Below are positions 58,189-64,000 of a stretch of 64,000 nt of DNA, one piece after another (the stretch's first letter is position 1; each line of letters begins with the position of its first letter). Location: positions 1,184,001 through 1,248,000 of the forward strand of contig OZ254086.1 of assembly GCA_965267575.1 (NCBI GenBank), read 5' to 3'. The notes beneath the pieces were generated by a model. That model ran no database searches and had not been told where the DNA came from. It saw only the letters and a list, made by a program, of their open reading frames with translations. A program made the translations under genes and the position numbers. The stretch comes from Calditrichales bacterium (GTDB taxonomy: Bacteria > Calditrichota > Calditrichia > Calditrichales > J004).

Positions 58189-58960
58189 CGATAAACAAAA
58201 ACGGCCTGACAGTACTTCGCTTGTAAAGCTTCAGAAAGCGTTTTTGGTTACTTTGCGTGATCAGCCAGGCGCAAAAACTTCCGACCAGTGCTCCCGCCGC
58301 TACATCTGTCAGGTAATGTTTGTCCGCAGCGATACGCATATATCCGGTTAACCCCGCCAGCACCAAACTTCCGCTCCAGATCAATCCCGATTCATTTTGA
58401 TATTTTTCTTCCAGCAGCATAGAACCGGAAACGGCCAGGGCAAAGGCCAGGCTTGTATGCCCGCTGAAAAATGAAAGATTGTCGTTATGACCGCGGGATG
58501 AAGCCGTTTTAAAACGGGCGTATGGTCTTTGACGGCCCACCAGAAATTTTACACCATTGGTAACAATGCCGGTTGCTGCCAGAACCTGCACCTGGTTAAG
58601 TATCGCGTTGCTGTATTCATAGGGCGATATGGCGGGAAGCCAGACAGCGGAGGGCATAAAAACACCATAGAGCAACGCGTCGCTGATGCGTGCCGCGGTT
58701 CGCATATTTTCTCGGCCCCAAAAAATGGCGTTACGTGCCGCAGCATCAAACTCTCCGGGCTCTGTCCAGCGAGGTTGATCCGGCGCCAGTGACTTGCCAA
58801 ATACCTGTCCGGCGGCAGCGATGGAAAGGCCGCCATAACCCAAAACATAATCCGCCGTTGACGGTTTCTCCTGAGCCGATGCGGCACCCGCCAGCAGAAA
58901 AACAATCGTGCAAACAACAAAAAAAGGCCGCGCAGTGGCGGCCTTCGTTTTACTTAACAT
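58175..58960 (-). CDS. PAP2 family phosphatase
   Basis: K....RQRP, SFFSGH, RIAADKHYLTDV. Confidence 0.87.
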   Translation of the reverse strand: MLSKTKAATARPFFVVCTIVFLLAGAASAQEKPSTADYVLGYGGLSIAAAGQVFGKSLAPDQPRWTEPGEFDAAARNAIFWGRENMRTAARISDALLYGVFMPSAVWLPAISPYEYSNAILNQVQVLAATGIVTNGVKFLVGRQRPYARFKTASSRGHNDNLSFFSGHTSLAFALAVSGSMLLEEKYQNESGLIWSGSLVLAGLTGYMRIAADKHYLTDVAAGALVGSFCAWLITQSNQKRFLKLYKRSTVRPFLFIAIPL

Positions 58961-60452
58961 TTCCAATTAATTTTTGTATCGGCTTTGTAAAGATAAGGAA
59001 TACCAATCCCGCGGCAGCGACGATCACGGCCACGTTGCCGAAGAGTTCTGTCAGCGGCATATTCTCAAAATTACCCGCCAGCAGACCGGCAATCAGGTTA
59101 CCGAGAGCGGCGCCCATAAACCAGATACCCATCATCTGGCCGACAAGCTTTTTGGGAGAGAGCTTGGTGACGCTGCTAAGACCCACAGGGCTGAGACAAA
59201 GCTCGCCGGTGGTATGCAGAAAATAGGTGGCAATAAGCCAGGCCGGACTGACCAACTGGCCTTTTTCCGTGTAGCTTGCGGCCCAGGCCATTACAAAAAA
59301 ACCAACGCCTAAAAGTACAAGGCCATAGGCAAATTTTGTCGGAATGGACGGCTCGCGTCTATCCAGCCACAGCCACAACCAGCCAAACACAGGCGCCAGC
59401 GTTATGATAAAAAGAGGGTTGATCGATTGCAGCCAGCTTGCCGGCATCATCCAGCCCAGAACAACACGGTCGGTGTAGTCCGCGGCAAACAGGTTAAGGG
59501 AAGAACCTGCCTGTTCAAAACCGGACCAGAACATGGCCGCTCCTATGAACAGGAAGAAAATGACCACAATGCGCTTCTTTTCCTGAGTATTAAATTCGCC
59601 AAAGATCAAAACATACAAAAAATAGATGATGGCCAGTGAGACGATAAAAACACCGGTATTACCGGCTACATCAGCCATGTCAAACGCGAGCAGGCCGGTA
59701 ACCCGGAACGCGGCAACAAAAGCAATCAGAACGCCGACAAAACCAAGGCCAATATAAAGCATCTTGCTGTTTTTCTTGATCTCCACAGGCGTGGCTTCCG
59801 GCCGCAGACCTGCTTCGCCAAAGTTTTTAATACCCATACGGTACTGGATAAGGCCTAACACCATCCCGATACCGGCAGCGCTGAAACCAAGATGCCAGTT
59901 GATGGTTTCGCCAAGAAAACCGCAAACCAGCGGGCCGGCAAACGCGCCGATGTTGATACCCATGTAAAATATGGAGAAGCCGGCATCGCGGCGTGCCCCG
60001 CCTTCCGGGTATAAACCGCCGACAATGGCGCTCACATTGGGTTTAAGAAGACCCGTTCCGATTACAATAAGGATAAGACCAAGGTAGAAAGTAAAGGTAA
60101 AAGGAACCGCCATGCTGAAATGGCCGGCGGCAATGATAACGCCCCCGACAAAGACCGCTTTTTGCTGGCCCCAGATACGGTCAGCTACCCAGCCGCCGGG
60201 CAAAGCCAGAAGATAGACCATGGCTGTGTAAAGACCGTAAATGGCAGCGCCGGTTTCCGTGTCCAGGCCAAATCCGCCGTTCTCGATGGGCGCTACCATA
60301 AACAGCAACAATATGCCCCTCATGCCGTAGTAGCTGAATCGTTCCCAAAGCTCCGTAAAAAACAGCACCGGTAAGCCCTTTGGGTTGTGCCCGAAAATGC
60401 GTCCCATGACGCCTTCCAGTTGAGGCACTTCCGGCGTTTGCTTCTCAGGCAT
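58950..60452 (-). CDS. Proton-dependent oligopeptide transporter (POT/PTR)
   Basis: ELWERFSYYGMR, GLLKPN, FYMGINIG, ELCLSPVG. Confidence 0.93.
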   Translation of the reverse strand: MPEKQTPEVPQLEGVMGRIFGHNPKGLPVLFFTELWERFSYYGMRGILLLFMVAPIENGGFGLDTETGAAIYGLYTAMVYLLALPGGWVADRIWGQQKAVFVGGVIIAAGHFSMAVPFTFTFYLGLILIVIGTGLLKPNVSAIVGGLYPEGGARRDAGFSIFYMGINIGAFAGPLVCGFLGETINWHLGFSAAGIGMVLGLIQYRMGIKNFGEAGLRPEATPVEIKKNSKMLYIGLGFVGVLIAFVAAFRVTGLLAFDMADVAGNTGVFIVSLAIIYFLYVLIFGEFNTQEKKRIVVIFFLFIGAAMFWSGFEQAGSSLNLFAADYTDRVVLGWMMPASWLQSINPLFIITLAPVFGWLWLWLDRREPSIPTKFAYGLVLLGVGFFVMAWAASYTEKGQLVSPAWLIATYFLHTTGELCLSPVGLSSVTKLSPKKLVGQMMGIWFMGAALGNLIAGLLAGNFENMPLTELFGNVAVIVAAAGLVFLIFTKPIQKLIGNVK

Positions 60453-60623
60453 CCGCACCTCCATGAGTTGATTTATTTATATATGTGAATGTGATTGAAT
60501 CCATGTTTCAGACAGTTTTTATTCACTTTATATGCGGGCGATTTTGTAATATAGGAAACCTGTATATAAACAACAAAACCCTTTTTTTACAAGCCGTTAC
60601 CCCCTTCGTGAAGGATAGCTATC

Positions 60624-62042
60624 ATGTCTGATATGGCAAAATCACGCTTTGTATTTGCCAAAAAGATCTGGTCCGTTTTGCGCTCAATCATGCGCGGCGA
60701 TGAGGAAGATTATACCACAGGCTCCATTGGCCGGGCTGTGCTTTACCTGGCTATTCCCATGGTGCTGGAGATGGCGCTGGAGTCGGTTTTTGCCGTCGTG
60801 GATGTTTTTTTTGTGGCCCGCCTGGGCGCCGATGCAGTGGCCGCAGTAGGCATCACCGATGCCATTGTTACGATTGTTTTTGCCATCGGTATCGGGCTGA
60901 GCATGGGTACCACCGCCATGGTGGCCCGGCGTATCGGAGAAAAGGATCGTCATGCGGCGTCACGCGCGGCGGTGCAGGCCATCTGGCTGGGCGTTTTTAT
61001 TTCGGCGCCGGTTGCGCTGGGCGGTATAATCTTTGCCGAGGACATTTTGCGCGTCATGGGTGGTAGTGATTCCGTGGTAAATATAGGCTCCGGCTTTACG
61101 GCGGTTTTGCTGGGCGGCAATATCACGATCATGCTGCTTTTTATTCTAAACGCCGTGTTTCGCGGCGCGGGAGACGCGGTTATCGCCATGCGCGTTTTGT
61201 GGATTTCCAATATTCTCAACATTATCCTGGACCCGCTTTTGATTTTCGGGATTGGCTCATTTGAAGGCTTCGGCGTTACGGGCGCGGCCATCGCCACAAC
61301 CATCGGGCGCGGGACCGGCGTTGTAATCCAGCTGCGCACGCTTTTTTCCGGCCGTAGCCGCATCCCGATTGCCTTGGCCGACCTGAAACCGGACTGGCCG
61401 CTGATGCGCCGGCTGGTGCGTATTTCCATCTGGGGTGTTTTTCAGTTTATGATTTCCACATCGTCATGGGTGGTGTTGGTTCGCATCTTGGCGGTTTTCG
61501 GCAGTGCCGCATTAGCCGGATATACGATCGCCATACGTATAATCATTTTTACTATACTGCCCTCGTGGGGTTTGTCCAACGCGGCGGCCACCCTGGTCGG
61601 CCAAAACCTCGGCGCCAAAAATCCACGGCGCGCGGAGAAATCCGTCTGGATTGCCGCTTATGTGAACCTGGCTTTCCTGCTTTCGATTGCTGCCGTTTTT
61701 ATTGCCATTCCGGAGTGGATCGTCAGGATATTTACAGATGACCCGGCGGTGCTTCAACAGGGCGTGGAGGCGTTGCGGGTCATCAGCTACGGATATGGTT
61801 TTTACGCCTTCGGTATGGTCATTGTGCAGGCATTCAACGGCGCGGGCGATACAACTACGCCGACCATTGTAAACTTTTTTTCCTACTGGATTTTTCAAAT
61901 ACCGCTGGCTTACGTATTTTCCGTATCGCTGGGTTTTGGCGCGCATGGCGTTTACTGGGCCATCCCCGTGGCCGAGGCGCTGTTGACCGTCATTGCCGTC
62001 GTCGTGTTTAAACGCGGCAAGTGGAAGCTGAAAGAAGTATAA
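60624..62042 (+). CDS. MATE family efflux transporter
   Basis: LAIPMVLEM, NIILDPLLIFG, GVTGAAIAT, VGQNLGA. Confidence 0.92.
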   Translation: MSDMAKSRFVFAKKIWSVLRSIMRGDEEDYTTGSIGRAVLYLAIPMVLEMALESVFAVVDVFFVARLGADAVAAVGITDAIVTIVFAIGIGLSMGTTAMVARRIGEKDRHAASRAAVQAIWLGVFISAPVALGGIIFAEDILRVMGGSDSVVNIGSGFTAVLLGGNITIMLLFILNAVFRGAGDAVIAMRVLWISNILNIILDPLLIFGIGSFEGFGVTGAAIATTIGRGTGVVIQLRTLFSGRSRIPIALADLKPDWPLMRRLVRISIWGVFQFMISTSSWVVLVRILAVFGSAALAGYTIAIRIIIFTILPSWGLSNAAATLVGQNLGAKNPRRAEKSVWIAAYVNLAFLLSIAAVFIAIPEWIVRIFTDDPAVLQQGVEALRVISYGYGFYAFGMVIVQAFNGAGDTTTPTIVNFFSYWIFQIPLAYVFSVSLGFGAHGVYWAIPVAEALLTVIAVVVFKRGKWKLKEV

Positions 62043-62061
62043 TTCAAACGCACACAGCCAT

Positions 62062-63456
62062 ATGAATTTCAGGGACTTGTTCGAAAGGCAGAATGTTTAT
62101 TTCCGCGATACCGTGCGGCATACGGATGCTAAAAGCCGGGTGCGCAAACTTTCGCAAATGCGCGAATGGATCATGGGCAACCGAGAGCAGATAGGCCAAG
62201 CCGTTTACGCCGATCTGAAAAAGTCCGTCCCGGAAACAGACCTTACCGAGATAAAAGCCTCCCTGCTGGAAATTGACCATGCCCGTAAAAACCTACGGCG
62301 CTGGATGAAACCAAAACGTGCCGGCAGGTCGCTGCTTTTTCTCAGTGCTTCGGGCAAAACGGTCGCCCAGCCCAAAGGTGTCTGCCTGATCATTTCGCCA
62401 TGGAATTTTCCATTTCTGTTGAGCATCGGTCCGTTAACGGCGGCGATCGCGGCGGGTAATTGTGTTATTCTAAAGCCTTCGGAAATGGCCCCGCAAACAA
62501 GCCGCCTGCTGTGCCGCATGGCCGAAGAGCTTTTCCCGGCGCAGGAAATATCTGTCGTTGAAGGCGGTGTCGAAACGGCACAGGCGTTGCTGAAATTGCC
62601 CTTTGACCACATCTTTTTTACCGGCAGCACACGTGTTGGCAAAATCGTTATGGAAGCGGCTGCCCAAAATCTCAGTTCGCTGACGCTGGAGCTGGGCGGT
62701 GAAAATCCGGCCATAGTGGATGATACGGCACGCATTGAACTGACCGCGCGGCGACTTGTGTGGGGCAGGTTTATCAATTGCGGCCAGGCTTGCGTGGCGC
62801 CCAATACCGTTTATGTGCACGAAAGCATCCGTGAACCTTTGACAGTGGCAGTTAAGCGCCAGATTGGGATGCTGTTTCCCGGCGCCAAAAAAAACAATCC
62901 CGATTACGGGCGCATTATTGATGAAAAAAATTTCAGGCGGATTGCAGAACTGCTGGATGATGCCGGAGAGAAGCAGGCGCGCGTTATCTATGGCGGCAAT
63001 ACGGACGAAAAAGAGCTTTTCATCGAGCCCACTGTTTTGGAGTGCAACAACAGGGAGGCACGTGTTTTCCGCGAAGAAATTTTCGGGCCGCTTTTGGTAT
63101 TACATGGCTATAAAGAATTGGACGATGTACTGGCTTTTATTAATGAAGGCCATAAACCTCTGGCCCTGTATGTTTTTTCACAGAACAGAAAGGCGATCGA
63201 TTATATTATCTCAAACAGCGCGTCCGGTGGTGTGGGCATTAACGATACGACGCTGCAATTTGCCCACCCGCATCTGCCTTTCGGGGGAGAAAATCATAGC
63301 GGCCTGGGACGCGGCCACGGCTATCACGGTTTTCTGGCTTTCAGCAATGAGCGGGCCGTTTTTCGCCAGAGCCGCTGGAATACAAGCGCGCTGATTTATC
63401 CGCCTTACACGGCGGGCGTAAAAAAAATCATAAATATTATTTTACGATATTTCTAA
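62062..63456 (+). CDS. Aldehyde dehydrogenase (ALDH3/coniferyl-type)
   Basis: PWNFP, LKPSE, FTGS, LELGG, GQACVAP, EEIFGP, PFGG. Confidence 0.92.
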   Translation: MNFRDLFERQNVYFRDTVRHTDAKSRVRKLSQMREWIMGNREQIGQAVYADLKKSVPETDLTEIKASLLEIDHARKNLRRWMKPKRAGRSLLFLSASGKTVAQPKGVCLIISPWNFPFLLSIGPLTAAIAAGNCVILKPSEMAPQTSRLLCRMAEELFPAQEISVVEGGVETAQALLKLPFDHIFFTGSTRVGKIVMEAAAQNLSSLTLELGGENPAIVDDTARIELTARRLVWGRFINCGQACVAPNTVYVHESIREPLTVAVKRQIGMLFPGAKKNNPDYGRIIDEKNFRRIAELLDDAGEKQARVIYGGNTDEKELFIEPTVLECNNREARVFREEIFGPLLVLHGYKELDDVLAFINEGHKPLALYVFSQNRKAIDYIISNSASGGVGINDTTLQFAHPHLPFGGENHSGLGRGHGYHGFLAFSNERAVFRQSRWNTSALIYPPYTAGVKKIINIILRYF

Positions 63457-63482
63457 AACCAACACCTATAAGGGAGGAGACT

Positions 63483-64000
63483 ATGACACGGTTATTAGCC
63501 CTTTGTATTTTTGTATTCGGCATTTCTGTAACACATGCCCAGATCGAAACACCGGCGCCCAGCCCGCTGGCCAAGGTGACGCAGGTTGTGGGCATTACCG
63601 AAGTGGAGATTACCTATTCCCGCCCGGGCATAAAGGGACGCGAGATCTTTGGCGGCCTTGTTCCATACAATGAAGTATGGCGGACAGGCGCCAACGCCTC
63701 CACCAAGCTAAGCTTTAGCAGCAGTGTGACGCTGGAAGGCAATGATATTCCGGCAGGGACTTACAGCCTTTACACTATTCCCAATCCCGAAGGCTGGGAA
63801 ATTATCATCAACAAAAAACTGGATTCCGGCGGACGTCATGTGGCGGAAGAAGATTTGATACGCTTTAAAGTAAAGCCCGGCGATTTCCCGCGTTCGGTTG
63901 AACGCTTTTATATCGGTGTGGAAGACATGACCGACAACAGTGCGACGATCTTTCTGCGCTGGCATAAAACCGAAGTACCGATCCGCCTGGAAGTACCAAC
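63483..64000 (+). CDS. DUF2911 domain protein (partial, runs off window end)
   Basis: AGGAG RBS; signal peptide, PAPSP, YSRPGIKGREIFGGLVPY, WRTGANAST. Confidence 0.85.
   Translation, partial: MTRLLALCIFVFGISVTHAQIETPAPSPLAKVTQVVGITEVEITYSRPGIKGREIFGGLVPYNEVWRTGANASTKLSFSSSVTLEGNDIPAGTYSLYTIPNPEGWEIIINKKLDSGGRHVAEEDLIRFKVKPGDFPRSVERFYIGVEDMTDNSATIFLRWHKTEVPIRLEVP

Noticed and set aside
1-64000. tRNA, rRNA, prophage, retron or DGR components
   Set aside because: No recognisable RNA genes, phage genes, reverse transcriptase or TR/VR pair seen by eye; a covariance-model search was not possible

Overview
Bacterial chromosomal window at roughly 50% GC with AT-rich islands. Two secreted proteins carry a 'NYPNPFN..T.I.F.LP' C-terminal sorting domain, which with the gene set suggests an FCB-related lineage such as Calditrichota or Ignavibacteria (inference only). 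Most of the window is housekeeping and transport: amidase, trpF, ABC/RND/TRAP/NSS/POT/MATE transporters, uppP, holA, holB, ECF sigma/anti-sigma, a sigma-54 two-component system, mazG, pfkA, hom, exbBD/tonB, lhgO, fadE. Four features stand out. (1) Two integron-type cassette arrays (40.4-42.2 kb minus, 50.6-52.7 kb plus) point away from each other with no integrase in the window. They share attC families, both open with an attI-like site, both end in GTTACAAA, and both follow the same composite upstream repeat. (2) Between them lies an SOS/mutagenesis locus: lexA, a catalytically dead S24/UmuD-like paralog, an inserted vapBC, a small ImuB-C-like protein and a Y-family polymerase, with a candidate SOS box GTGTAC-N4-GTACAC. 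(3) A REP-associated Y1 transposase sits among three REPIN-like double-hairpin units. (4) A complete sigma-54 promoter architecture drives a pseudo-receiver gene. All calls are from reading the sequence; no database searches were run.
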